Positions 1 to 8,935 of a DNA stretch of 55,079 nucleotides are shown in pieces (the stretch's first letter is position 1; every line of letters begins with the position of its first letter). Below the pieces are notes generated by a model, which was not told where the DNA came from, did not search any database, and saw nothing but the letters and a program-made list of their open reading frames with translations. Source of the DNA: an uncultured Candidatus Saccharibacteria bacterium (GTDB lineage: Bacteria > Patescibacteriota > UBA1384 > CAJBMM01); NCBI GenBank assembly GCA_964561525.1, contig CAZLPY010000001.1, positions 1 through 55,079 of the forward strand, in the 5' to 3' direction. Made by a program: the position numbers and the translations under genes.

Positions 1-506
1 ATAGAAGCGCGCAGATGGAACATTTGGGTCGAGTATGTTTCACGAAGACATTTCGTTTTACCGTACACATCGAGTGCATCATGGGGATCGCTTTCAACAT
101 ACGAGCCTTTGGCCCCAGAGTACACGCAATCCGTGGCAATTTGGATTACCTTGGCACCAGTTTGCTCGGCTGCTTTGGCTAAATAATGAGGAAATAGGGC
201 ATTGATGTTGATCGCCCGCACTGTCTCATCGGCGTTATCGTCATGAATATAGACCTTGATAATGCCGATGCAATTAATCACCCAGTCCATACCTTCTAGC
301 ACCTCTGACAGAGTATCTACCGATGGTTCGGCTACGTCCAGCGACCTCCAAGCTACATCGGTCAGATGTTCTTTGAGTAGGCGCGCTTCGGCGTCGTTTC
401 GCACCGTTGCAGTAACTGCAAAATTAGCCTCGCGGGAGAGCACATCGCACACCATGCTACCCAGCATGCCCGCCGCACCCATTACTAATACATTTGTTTT
501 CGCCAT
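1..506 (-). CDS. RmlD-like NAD(P)-dependent sugar-nucleotide reductase/epimerase (SDR); C-terminal part lies beyond the window edge
   Basis: I translated the minus strand from the ATG at 506. It reads MAKTNVLVMGAAGMLGSMV (Rossmann glycine motif) ... IATDCVYSGAKGSYVESDPHDALDVYGKTK (YxxxK). The frame stays open to position 1. It is absent from the ORF track because there is no stop in the window. Confidence 0.6.
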   Translation of the reverse strand, partial: MAKTNVLVMGAAGMLGSMVCDVLSREANFAVTATVRNDAEARLLKEHLTDVAWRSLDVAEPSVDTLSEVLEGMDWVINCIGIIKVYIHDDNADETVRAININALFPHYLAKAAEQTGAKVIQIATDCVYSGAKGSYVESDPHDALDVYGKTKCLRETYSTQMFHLRAS

Positions 507-643
507 ATCTGCACTATCTTAGCCGAAATGCCCCCCGCATTCAACCAAGAGATATCAATTGACATAACATGCAAAATATGATTAAATGTAGGCGTCTTAC
601 TGATCTTTCCCAAATGTGATGACGTTTCTCAAAGGAGGCAGAC

Positions 644-814
644 GTGCTAAATCACTCTGTAGGCACCATGAAGTCTTATGAGCTTATGGCCGGCCTGATC
701 ATTTTCGTCGCACTCGTCGGAGCTTTGATCGGGTCTATGGTCCGACGCCAGGAGCCGATCAGGATGACCATCGGCAGAGTTGGAAAGGACATTGGGCATG
801 CCACAAATCGCTGA
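644..814 (+). CDS. possible small membrane protein (56 aa)
   Basis: GTG start lies 5 nt after AGGAGG (633..638). My translation is VLNHSVGTMKSYELMAGLIIFVALVGALIGSMVRRQEPIRMTIGRVGKDIGHATNR, with one hydrophobic helix. It is below the ORF-track size cutoff and overlaps the next ORF. Weak call. Confidence 0.25.
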   Translation: MLNHSVGTMKSYELMAGLIIFVALVGALIGSMVRRQEPIRMTIGRVGKDIGHATNR

Positions 815-1070
815 ACCAATACTTCCGCTCGAGCACAGAATGATGTTGCGCCTGCTGGCTCGTTGGATGACCATGCGTCGAGCCGAAGGGCGCGAGGAGA
901 GCATACACGTATCTGAACTTCATGCGGCGTGCGATAAAATCCAACTATCGCTCCATTTCGATCACATCGAGCATCTCATCGAGCAGGGCTGGTTGCGTGA
1001 GGACGATGATCACCTGTCATTCACAGACGAAGATCACCGACACAGGGCGCTTGAATTGCGCAAGGAATAA
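780..1070 (+). CDS. hypothetical small acidic protein
   Basis: 96-aa ORF with protein-like composition, followed directly by a strong terminator hairpin. The start is uncertain; an ATG at 798 is also possible. I recognised no family. Confidence 0.4.
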   Translation: MERTLGMPQIAEPILPLEHRMMLRLLARWMTMRRAEGREESIHVSELHAACDKIQLSLHFDHIEHLIEQGWLREDDDHLSFTDEDHRHRALELRKE

Positions 1071-1081
1071 TATGCGCCGCC

Positions 1082-1123
1082 ACGGGTGGGTCGTACAATC
1101 ACGACTCCACCCGTTTTTATTTG
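1082..1123 (+). terminator. rho-independent terminator
   Basis: Long hairpin: ACGGGTGG+GTCGT pairs with ACGAC+CCACCCGT, followed by TTTTTATTT. Confidence 0.7.
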
Positions 1124-1136
1124 TCAAAAATTACGC

Positions 1137-1178
1137 AAAAAAATAAGGCGGCCGGGATTGTTCGTCCCGCCGCCTTTT
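1137..1178 (-). terminator. rho-independent terminator, possibly bidirectional
   Basis: AAGGCGGCCGGGA pairs with TCCCGCCGCCTT. There is an A-run on the plus side (a T-run on the minus strand) just after the stop of the 1191..1823 gene. Confidence 0.65.
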
Positions 1179-1190
1179 GACATCTCCATT

Positions 1191-1823
1191 TCAGGTGAGC
1201 AATCCGCGCTGCTTCAGATTGACCTCGAGCAGCTCGGCGTTCCTGAATTGGTGGACCTGCAACCCAAGCGCCCGACCCTCCTTCACTTCCTCGTCGCTGT
1301 CATCGATCAGTAGTATTTCGGACGGGTCGAGACGGAAACCGCGACGGCTTTCGATCTTCTCGGCAAATCGGACGAAGCCCCCGGGGTCACGTTTGCGGAT
1401 GCCCAATTCATGAGACCGAACGACATGCCCGAACTGTGACAAGTCGATTAAGTCGTCCTCGATCCGGCGCGTTTGCCATCGATTGGTGTTTGTTGGAAAC
1501 ACGAGGGCTGTACCACCTACGTAGAAGCATGCGATGATACTTTCCACCCGCTGATCAACCTCGGTCATATGCGCGGCGTGGGCTTCATACATTTGTCGGA
1601 ACGAGATCTGCTCCGGAGACAGCCCAAGACGCGCACGCTGCAGGCGATAGAACTGCTGCTCATCGAGAATCCCGCGGGAGAAATCTTCATAGTCCTCGTT
1701 GGCGAAAAAGCTCTCCGCTTTTTCACGCGGCACCCCATACTGTTCCATCAACATTCGATGAGTGATAGCATGGTCAGCCATCACGATCACATTTCCTACA
1801 TCCATCCATACTTCATGGATCAT
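1191..1823 (-). CDS. HAD-superfamily-like hydrolase with an atypical motif I
   Basis: WMDVGNVIV sits at the N-terminus, in DxG form rather than DxD. FPTNTN and LLIDDSDEEV resemble HAD motifs II and IV. An AGGAGG lies upstream of the ATG. Confidence 0.45.
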   Translation of the reverse strand: MIHEVWMDVGNVIVMADHAITHRMLMEQYGVPREKAESFFANEDYEDFSRGILDEQQFYRLQRARLGLSPEQISFRQMYEAHAAHMTEVDQRVESIIACFYVGGTALVFPTNTNRWQTRRIEDDLIDLSQFGHVVRSHELGIRKRDPGGFVRFAEKIESRRGFRLDPSEILLIDDSDEEVKEGRALGLQVHQFRNAELLEVNLKQRGLLT

Positions 1824-1889
1824 AATGGCCTCCTAAAGGTGAATTGAGGCGGCGAGGAAATGAATATTCGCCGCCTCGTGTTCTTTGCC

Positions 1890-2915
1890 TTATACAGGCG
1901 GCAGCCAGCCGAGTGCGCGTAGCGCCGGGAGCGAGAGGTGGGAAAGTGCCCGGTCCAGATTCTCACCTTCCAGAATGACATGAAGCGCGCTTTCATGAAC
2001 GCCGCCATCCGGATGCATGACGTAGGCGATCGGTGCCTTCCCTTTACCGCGCGTGGTGATGCCAACGATGGTGCGATTGAGCGCCACCCATTCGGGCTCA
2101 CCTTCTCGTCCCGGCCGGCTTTCCGTGTCGAGCACCCTCCAGTCATGACCGGGGAGGTGAAGCTTGGCCCAAGCGACGAGTGAGAATTCACCCACGTGTC
2201 CGGGTGAGACGATGCCTCTGCGACCATCGAGCTCGTCGCTGCCAATATCGAGAAACTCGAGCATGGCATTGTGATTCTTCCGGAGCCCAGGCATGACCAC
2301 GTTCCACCAGTGCTCCTGCTCTTCATCGAGCTTGTTTTGGTAGGCAGCTTGAGCCTCAGGCAGGACGAACCCAACCCAGCCATAGTCGCTGTAAAAGCCG
2401 AGCTCGACTGATTCGCCGAGCATTTCGGCCGCCAGGTCGAAGTCGCCAGCCATGCCACCAGCAGGTTCGGCACAGTTGCGAATGGAGTTGGCTCCTGTGG
2501 TGCGTACCTCTGCCAGATAAGTCAGGTCGCCCCAGGGGCCACCGTACCAATCGGCCAGTTTCGCCATCAAAGGCTCGGACAGGCGGCGAAGGCGATCGCT
2601 CTCAACGAGCATAGCCACCGCGCCACCCATGAATCCGTAGTACCTATACTTCCCGGGCACACGGTCGCGCAAGAGCGGGTAGAGGTTCATCTGCTCTTCT
2701 GCAACATCAGACGACAGCTCAGCAAATGCCTCTTCGAGGCTAGATGGCCTCCTGGAGTGTCTGCCAAACGTTTCCAGCGTCGTGGCGACAATGCGCCTGT
2801 CATCGGTCACTTCTACCTTGAGCAGGTTTTGGACCCACTTGAATCGATCATGCACTGCATCGATCCTCCGTTTCAGTTGTAATATGTCCTGATATACATC
2901 AAGACGCCTGCACAC
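1890..2915 (-). CDS. hypothetical protein (341 aa)
   Basis: Long ORF with ordinary protein composition. I recognised no family. It appears GC-richer than the neighbouring glycan locus. Confidence 0.55.
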   Translation of the reverse strand: MCRRLDVYQDILQLKRRIDAVHDRFKWVQNLLKVEVTDDRRIVATTLETFGRHSRRPSSLEEAFAELSSDVAEEQMNLYPLLRDRVPGKYRYYGFMGGAVAMLVESDRLRRLSEPLMAKLADWYGGPWGDLTYLAEVRTTGANSIRNCAEPAGGMAGDFDLAAEMLGESVELGFYSDYGWVGFVLPEAQAAYQNKLDEEQEHWWNVVMPGLRKNHNAMLEFLDIGSDELDGRRGIVSPGHVGEFSLVAWAKLHLPGHDWRVLDTESRPGREGEPEWVALNRTIVGITTRGKGKAPIAYVMHPDGGVHESALHVILEGENLDRALSHLSLPALRALGWLPPV

Positions 2916-2987
2916 CGAAAAACTGTGCGCAATGAACGCATTATGTCATAAATTTGACAAGAGAGCAATATGATGAAAGAAATTATT

Positions 2988-3045
2988 GTCTTCCCGAATT
3001 TATTTCGGGATCCCATTGAGATTCTGAAACGAGTTCAGAATGACA
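2988..3045. repeat. 58-nt palindromic (REP/MITE-like) intergenic element, copy 1
   Basis: Sequence gtcttcccgaatttatttcgggatcccattgagattctgaaacgagttcagaatgaca. It has two internal hairpins plus TGTCTT/ATGACA ends. A homologous copy lies at 23817..23874. Confidence 0.6.
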
Positions 3046-3053
3046 ATGGGCGG

Positions 3054-3527
3054 CTAGCGCTCGACGATGCCCCAGACGTCCCAATGTCGGGCGTCGTAGC
3101 GAAAGTCGTCACCCTTCGATTCTTCCAAAGTTGATGTAGAAAAAAACATCAGTTGGGTGTCTTCAGATAGCGTCATGAAGCCGTTGGCGTAGCCGGCTGG
3201 AATAAAAAGCACTGAGGGCTTAATGCTCGAAAGAATGTGGCGATGCACTTCCGTACTTTTTGATGGCTTGTCCCAATCGTCCACTTTGACTGCTGCCACT
3301 ACCGCTGAACCTGAGACGACCAGCACAAATTTAGATTCCTTTTTATGGGCATGCCAGGCGCGCACAAACCCTTGGCGATGGTTTGAAACCATGTAAAAGC
3401 GTTTCACGGCATCGAACGAAAAATCGTTCACAAAGGTCACCTGCCCGCGATCATCAATCGAGAGACCCCCTTCAATGAGGCGGGGAAGTTCAATTTTTGA
3501 GTGTTTTTCGTTCATGAATGCTCGCAT
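3054..3527 (-). CDS. RmlC/FdtA-like cupin sugar-nucleotide epimerase/isomerase
   Basis: The 157-aa protein shows a cupin pattern: FVRAWHAHKKESKFVLVVSGS ... LFIPAGYANGF. It sits directly downstream of two SDR sugar-nucleotide genes. An alternative start is at 3515. Confidence 0.65.
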   Translation of the reverse strand: MRAFMNEKHSKIELPRLIEGGLSIDDRGQVTFVNDFSFDAVKRFYMVSNHRQGFVRAWHAHKKESKFVLVVSGSAVVAAVKVDDWDKPSKSTEVHRHILSSIKPSVLFIPAGYANGFMTLSEDTQLMFFSTSTLEESKGDDFRYDARHWDVWGIVER

Positions 3528-3530
3528 GGG

Positions 3531-3645
3531 TAAATGTCTAATTTCTAATATTTAATGTCTAATTAAACCCCAATGCAACAATGACTGATTGGACATTTTG
3601 GCATTGGATATTGATTAGAAATTCGTCATTTGATATTCGTCATTT
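3531..3645. repeat. AT-rich intergenic repeat, family B copy 1
   Basis: Contains internal direct repeats: aatgtctaat twice and attcgtcattt twice. Its reverse complement aligns in blocks with 54921..54993 (gaaatgacgaat, atttctaat, ccaat, gcattgg, taattag). Confidence 0.45.
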
Positions 3646-4596
3646 TCTAACTTCTCTTTGTAACAACGCCTGATATTTCTTCAGATATTGTTCATTAGAA
3701 TAGCGTGGATTGCCTACATCGCGCAAGCGCCTCTCGACTAACAACGTTTTGATCTGTAGAATACCGTCATCGATTGAATATCGGGATTTAAATCCAAGCT
3801 CCTTCCTCGCTTTATCCGAGTTGGCGCGATAGTTCCGGGTGTCCACCAAACTAACCTCTTTCACCTCAATGCTTGTTCCTGGAAAATGCTTTTGGACTTT
3901 TTTGGCTAAATCGATGATGCGAATATTTTCGGTGTGCAAGTTGAAGATGCCGCGATGGTCAGTTGCAAGATTATCCACAATCGCTTGGGCTGCATCACGA
4001 ACATGCAACAGCGGCCGGCCCTGCTGCCCACCCAAAATATGCAACGTATGATCTGTGTAAGCTTTCATCGCGAGGGTGTTAAGGATGAGGTCGAGCCGAA
4101 TGCGTGCGTATGTATCACTTACACCAAACAAGGTGCCTAGACGAAAAATGATCGCATTTTTGTCTTTTAGATATGGCTCTGCCTGCAATTTCGTAGCCGA
4201 GTAAACTGAGAGCGGATCGGTCGGGGAGGTTTCATTATGGTCTCCATTCTGCGCGCCATAAACCGAGCAGGTCGACATGAAGATGATGCGGCCATTGAAG
4301 TGCCGGGCAAGCCATTGCACACTATCTTGATTGACTATTTTAGTTAGTTTTGGATCAAGGTCACAAGCCGCGTCACCCACCAAAGCGGCTAACCACACCA
4401 CACAATCAGCCCACTTCAGCTGAGGCAGTAACACAGCGTGGTCACGAATATCGCCATAGACAAAATCGACTGGCTTACGATAGGCCTCCTCATAGAGTAG
4501 TCCGTCGAAAACACGCACAGTATGCTTTGACTGGGATAGCCGATCAGTGACGGCGCCGCCCACGTAGCCTGCTCCGCCGACAACCAGTACGTTCAC
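3640..4596 (-). CDS. NAD-dependent epimerase/dehydratase family SDR
   Basis: VLVVGGAGYVGGAV Rossmann motif and SVYSATK (YxxxK). I set the start at the GTG at 4596, which lies 7 nt after AGGAG. The ORF-track start at 4671 would overlap the upstream gene by 62 nt. Confidence 0.75.
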   Translation of the reverse strand: MNVLVVGGAGYVGGAVTDRLSQSKHTVRVFDGLLYEEAYRKPVDFVYGDIRDHAVLLPQLKWADCVVWLAALVGDAACDLDPKLTKIVNQDSVQWLARHFNGRIIFMSTCSVYGAQNGDHNETSPTDPLSVYSATKLQAEPYLKDKNAIIFRLGTLFGVSDTYARIRLDLILNTLAMKAYTDHTLHILGGQQGRPLLHVRDAAQAIVDNLATDHRGIFNLHTENIRIIDLAKKVQKHFPGTSIEVKEVSLVDTRNYRANSDKARKELGFKSRYSIDDGILQIKTLLVERRLRDVGNPRYSNEQYLKKYQALLQREVRK

Positions 4597-4609
4597 AGGC
4601 TTTGCTCCT

Positions 4610-5674
4610 TTAGCGCAATAACTCTTCTTCGTAATGCAGTGTTTGCCCAACGCGAAGTTCATGCTCGTCAAGTAACTTGGCCAGCTGCAAGCGAGTCATC
4701 ACTGAACTACCCGAACTGTATTCTTTTTTGAGAGCTGGCTTTGTGATCTTCTTTTTGACTAACTCTGGAAGCACTGGTTGAACTACATAATAGTCACCGT
4801 TTTCGTAGGTGTGCCAGGCTTCTTCGTCAGAGATCATAATTTCGTGAATTTTTTCACCAGGACGGATACCGGTAAATACAATCTTGATCTTACGTTTTTC
4901 AATCAGCTCTTTTACTAAATCAACGATGCGTGATGACCGCACATGCGGCACATAGGTTTCGCCCCGTTTGGCATCTTTGATCGCTGCAATGATGGTATCA
5001 ACTGCGCTCTCGAGCGGCAACAGAAATCGTGTCATGTCTTTAGTAGTGACCGTCACCGGACCGCCTTTTTTAATCTGATCGTGAAACAGCGGGATCACGG
5101 AGCCGCGCGAGGCCAATACGTTGCCGTAGCGTACACAAATGAAGCGAGTCGTCGGAATAGTCACATTGGCGCTAATAAAAATGCGCTCTTGCAGTGCTTT
5201 GGTCATACCCATCACACACACCGGCTTGCAGGCTTTGTCGGTCGAGACCCCAACCACCGTTTCTACCGGTAAATCATGCTCCTTAATAGCACGCACAATG
5301 TTTTCTGGCCCATTGACGTTGGTCTGCACCGCCTCATGCGGAAAATATTCACACGACGGCACCTGCTTTAAGGCCGCCGCATTAATCACAATATCCGCTT
5401 TTTTGAGCACCGCTACCACACTGCGATAGTTGCGCACATCGCCCAAATGAAACTCGAGCAGTCGAGCAAAATTATTGTAGATTACTTCGTCGGTTGAGTG
5501 TCGTTTGTGTTGATATTCCAGCCGCATATAGTGTTGCTTCGCTTCATCACGCGAAAACACAATAATTTTTTTTGGTGTACCGGCGCTGCCACTTAACAGC
5601 CGTCTGGTTAGCACCTTACCAAGCGAGCCCGTACCGCCGGTGATTACTACTACTTTGTTATCAAATATCGCCAT
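4610..5674 (-). CDS. UDP-GlcNAc 4,6-dehydratase, CapE/FnlA/WbjB-like (MxxxK type)
   Basis: Motifs: VVITGGTGSLG, AAALKQVPSCE, VSTDKACKPVCVMGMTKALQE (Met in place of the SDR Tyr, as in CapE/FnlA) and YGNVLASRGSVIPLF. Confidence 0.75.
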   Translation of the reverse strand: MAIFDNKVVVITGGTGSLGKVLTRRLLSGSAGTPKKIIVFSRDEAKQHYMRLEYQHKRHSTDEVIYNNFARLLEFHLGDVRNYRSVVAVLKKADIVINAAALKQVPSCEYFPHEAVQTNVNGPENIVRAIKEHDLPVETVVGVSTDKACKPVCVMGMTKALQERIFISANVTIPTTRFICVRYGNVLASRGSVIPLFHDQIKKGGPVTVTTKDMTRFLLPLESAVDTIIAAIKDAKRGETYVPHVRSSRIVDLVKELIEKRKIKIVFTGIRPGEKIHEIMISDEEAWHTYENGDYYVVQPVLPELVKKKITKPALKKEYSSGSSVMTRLQLAKLLDEHELRVGQTLHYEEELLR

Positions 5675-5867
5675 TGTACTCGTTTAGCTTTTGAGCCAGT
5701 CGTTCTGTTGGTCATATTATCACGATTTACCGAGCCGATTCAAGGATGTGATGATAGACGCCTATAATCATTGCTATGATCCCGCCAATTTTTGTGCTAC
5801 AGTTGCGCGCATCGGATGCTTAAATCAGACGCTTTCGACTACTCATAAGAACAAGCGAGAATGTACG

Positions 5868-6725
5868 ATGATTGCACTGCTCCGGCCAAAACAATGGATT
5901 AAAAACGGGTTGGTGTTGGCACCACTCATTTTTTCGCTTCATTTTGCAGCTGCAGATCTGCACCACATCATACTAGCGTTTGCTTCATTTTGCTTGGCCG
6001 CTAGCACCATCTATGTCTTAAATGACATCGCCGACACTGCTTCCGATCGCCAGCACCCCAAAAAGCGTTTTCGTCCGCTTGCTGCCGGCGCTGTGACCAT
6101 TAATCAAGCCATCGTACTGGCCGCATTATGCGCCGCCGGCTCACTCGTACTAGCATACTTTTTGCCAATCGGATTTATGGCTATTGTGCTAGCCTATATC
6201 GACTTAAACATCGCCTACTCACTGTGGCTGAAGCGACTGTTGATTATTGACGTGATGACTATCGCCATCGGCTTTGTGTTACGCGTGATCGGAGGGGCGA
6301 TCGCGATAGGCGTGGTAGTATCGCACTGGATCTTGATCTGCACCTTTTTTGTAGCGCTTTTTATCGGCTTCGCCAAACGCAAGAATGAAAACGATGTGAT
6401 GCAGACAGGTTCAAAGCATCATCGCTCAGTATTATTACACTACACACCAGATTTCTTAAACCAACTGATTGCCCTTACTTCGGGTATGTCAATCATCGGC
6501 TATGCCCTTTATACCATCGATCCGGAAACGATCAGGCGTTTTGGTACTGATCGGCTCATCTACACCCTGCCAATCGTGGTCTACGGTATTTTTCGCTACT
6601 TTCACCTCATCTATAACACCACGGATGGTGGCGATCCTAGTCAGATTTTTTTCACAGACACTGCCTTAGCGATCACCATCGCCGTCTGGCTGATTAGTTT
6701 TGCTCTTCTCGTCGCCGTGCATTAG
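5868..6725 (+). CDS. UbiA-family polyprenyl-phosphate phosphoribosyltransferase (decaprenyl-phosphate phosphoribosyltransferase-like)
   Basis: LLRPKQWIKNGLVLAPLIF and NDIADTASDRQHPKKRFRPLAAG (NDxxD motif), with multiple TM helices. I set the start at the ATG at 5868. The ORF-track 5' extension from 5691 looks non-coding. Confidence 0.75.
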   Translation: MIALLRPKQWIKNGLVLAPLIFSLHFAAADLHHIILAFASFCLAASTIYVLNDIADTASDRQHPKKRFRPLAAGAVTINQAIVLAALCAAGSLVLAYFLPIGFMAIVLAYIDLNIAYSLWLKRLLIIDVMTIAIGFVLRVIGGAIAIGVVVSHWILICTFFVALFIGFAKRKNENDVMQTGSKHHRSVLLHYTPDFLNQLIALTSGMSIIGYALYTIDPETIRRFGTDRLIYTLPIVVYGIFRYFHLIYNTTDGGDPSQIFFTDTALAITIAVWLISFALLVAVH

Positions 6726-6787
6726 CCAGTTGTGTGAAACCGAGGTTGTGGTTGATAATACAATGAAATGTTCATGGTGATTAACGT

Positions 6788-8935
6788 ATGACTATTCGTA
6801 AAAACATTCGGCAAGACGTGTTATTGAAAATGCTGGCTACACTACTGCTGATCGTTTTTTTGGTTATTCCCGGCACTGCGGCTACGCGGTTTCAAGGCTT
6901 GCCACTGACTAATTGGCAGCTGGCGCTTAGCTTTGTTGCTTTGACTGTTTTGTGGGCCACCAACTGGCCAAAAACTTTACGTCTAAAGCAATTGCTGATC
7001 GGATCACTGATGATGCTGATTGTGCTACAAGTAGTAGGGCAGTTCGCCTTTGGCCATTATGGCTGGTCGCTCTGTACCGCCTACGGATTGCAACTAGAGA
7101 ATGAGGCTCTGCCCAAGCACTGTGAGCCGAGCGCACAGGTCCGGGTGCGTAGCGACGTTACTCAAATTATCCCCACGGTTGATTTGAACGATCGCAACTT
7201 ACCGCTCTATTTTATGAACAACGGTAGCTACAATTTTTATCTTCCCGATCAACCCGACCGCCAACATCTGCCCTACCGCATGCGAGTTGCTACAATTGCT
7301 AATGCGCAACAGAACGCCTCCGTAACGGTCTCAACAAACATCCCAAATACTCATCTCTACTTAAGCGGCATAGACCACATCGTCGCAATCAATCAAGATG
7401 CAAGTTTTGAACTACCAGCTCGCACGGAGACCAGTGTAAGCGTGGTGTATAGCACTACCAGGCAGCCGACCGATCGGCTAAGCGTCACATTGCACCACGC
7501 CACCCCGTTTCATAACGGACCCGCTCGATCAGCGTGGTTGCTATGGCTCTACATCTCAGTATTTGGGCTTGTTCTACTGACGTTTGCCACCACCATCGCG
7601 GGCTTGATGATTCAAGATTTACGCAGTCGACCGTCAATCGTCCAGAGAGTGTTAGTGATGTGGTTGCTGTGGCTTATCGTCTCCTTCTACCTACCGATAT
7701 TGGTTTATCCGCTGTTTGGAGTGACGGTCGGAGCGATCACACTGACATTACTCATATTACAATCCCGCAAGCACACGCTTTCGTTTTGGCCAATACTGTT
7801 GTTCGGCGTGTTCGCCTTTGTGTTTGTGTCCCGCGTCATACCCTATCCGTACGCTTTGCTATTCTCTGGCGGAAACGACGAGTTGGGGCACGAAACGTTC
7901 GCTCGTCTGGTAGTAACGGCTAGCAATTGGCACGATTTTGTCGAGGGCGGAGAAGGTGGCCTGTTTTACTATCAGCCGTTTCATCGTTATGTACTGGCCA
8001 TGTTCCACAAACTGACAGGGGATTCAATGTGGGGTCCGTATGTTATTCAAACATTTGTGATGGCCATGACAGCTTTTTTTACCTCACAACTGATGTTTCG
8101 CCTCAGCCGGTGGGCTGGCATGGCCTTTGTCGTTCTCTTTACCATTTTTTCGTTGCATCCCAGCGTATCAGCCTTTTCGCTAGCTCAAACCGGCTATCAA
8201 CAAAGCATCGCTACCCCACTATTTTTATTAGCGATCATGCTAACCGCATCGTTTTATATCATGAAAGAGCGCCGTCTGCTGCCTCATTTTGGACTGGGGC
8301 TGCTATTTGGCAGCATTGTGATGATGCGCACCGATTTTTTACCGGCGCTGCTCGGCTTATTGATTTATGCACTTGCTTATTGGAAAATACACAGTTTTCG
8401 TCAATCTGTAGCGCCTATCTCCGCTCTATTCGTTGGATTAGCAGTGATTCCACTGTGCATATTATGGCGCAACATCGATATCGCACATCAAACGCTGTTG
8501 TTTCCAACCTCGGGCATGGTTAACTTATCACCACAGTTTTGGCCGTTGTTCCATTACCACGGCGGGCCGGTAGCCATCTCCGGCGTTACTATGCTGACCA
8601 CGGTGATCAAGCATTACCAGCATGATCCAGGCACTCTATTACACATACTGCGCGGTAATGTACTAAACGGCATGATCGGCACCGGGGTGCATCGCAAAGT
8701 GCTGTGGGTCTTATGGATTGTCAGCGTCATTACTGCCTTGATCTATCCTAAACTGAAGGCCCATCGCACATTGATATTACTATTGCTTGGATTTTTGCTG
8801 CCGGTGCTGCTGGTTTCATCGTTCTTTATCATGCACAATGGCTGGGCTATGCTGGTGCATTTTGATTATCTGATGATTGTAATCAGCGCCCTCGTTGTTG
8901 GTCTGTTATTCGACCGAACCGCAAACCGCGCTTAA
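6788..8935 (+). CDS. GT-C fold (ArnT/PMT-like) integral membrane glycosyltransferase with an N-terminal extracytoplasmic domain
   Basis: 715 aa with many TM helices. An acidic DE motif (GGNDELGHE) follows an early TM bundle. A soluble stretch of about 150 aa lies between TM helices near the N-terminus. It is adjacent to the lipid-linked pentose donor synthase. Confidence 0.55.
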   Translation: MTIRKNIRQDVLLKMLATLLLIVFLVIPGTAATRFQGLPLTNWQLALSFVALTVLWATNWPKTLRLKQLLIGSLMMLIVLQVVGQFAFGHYGWSLCTAYGLQLENEALPKHCEPSAQVRVRSDVTQIIPTVDLNDRNLPLYFMNNGSYNFYLPDQPDRQHLPYRMRVATIANAQQNASVTVSTNIPNTHLYLSGIDHIVAINQDASFELPARTETSVSVVYSTTRQPTDRLSVTLHHATPFHNGPARSAWLLWLYISVFGLVLLTFATTIAGLMIQDLRSRPSIVQRVLVMWLLWLIVSFYLPILVYPLFGVTVGAITLTLLILQSRKHTLSFWPILLFGVFAFVFVSRVIPYPYALLFSGGNDELGHETFARLVVTASNWHDFVEGGEGGLFYYQPFHRYVLAMFHKLTGDSMWGPYVIQTFVMAMTAFFTSQLMFRLSRWAGMAFVVLFTIFSLHPSVSAFSLAQTGYQQSIATPLFLLAIMLTASFYIMKERRLLPHFGLGLLFGSIVMMRTDFLPALLGLLIYALAYWKIHSFRQSVAPISALFVGLAVIPLCILWRNIDIAHQTLLFPTSGMVNLSPQFWPLFHYHGGPVAISGVTMLTTVIKHYQHDPGTLLHILRGNVLNGMIGTGVHRKVLWVLWIVSVITALIYPKLKAHRTLILLLLGFLLPVLLVSSFFIMHNGWAMLVHFDYLMIVISALVVGLLFDRTANRA

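Noticed and set aside
5691-5867. N-terminal extensions of track ORFs (5691 for the UbiA gene, 20593 for the hydrolase, 4671 for the SDR, 29377 for XRE)
   Set aside because: The extensions start at non-ATG codons, have junk-like sequence, or overlap the upstream gene. In each case an internal start with an SD sequence, or the conserved N-terminal motif, lies further in.
7534-8523. Two plus-strand out-of-frame ORFs (129 and 198 aa) inside the GT-C gene, and similar antisense ORFs inside most long genes (for example 1820..2473, 12944..13336, 15182..15502)
   Set aside because: They are nested in or overlap longer ORFs that carry recognisable motifs. Their translations are Arg/Ser/Cys-rich, which is typical of off-frame reading.
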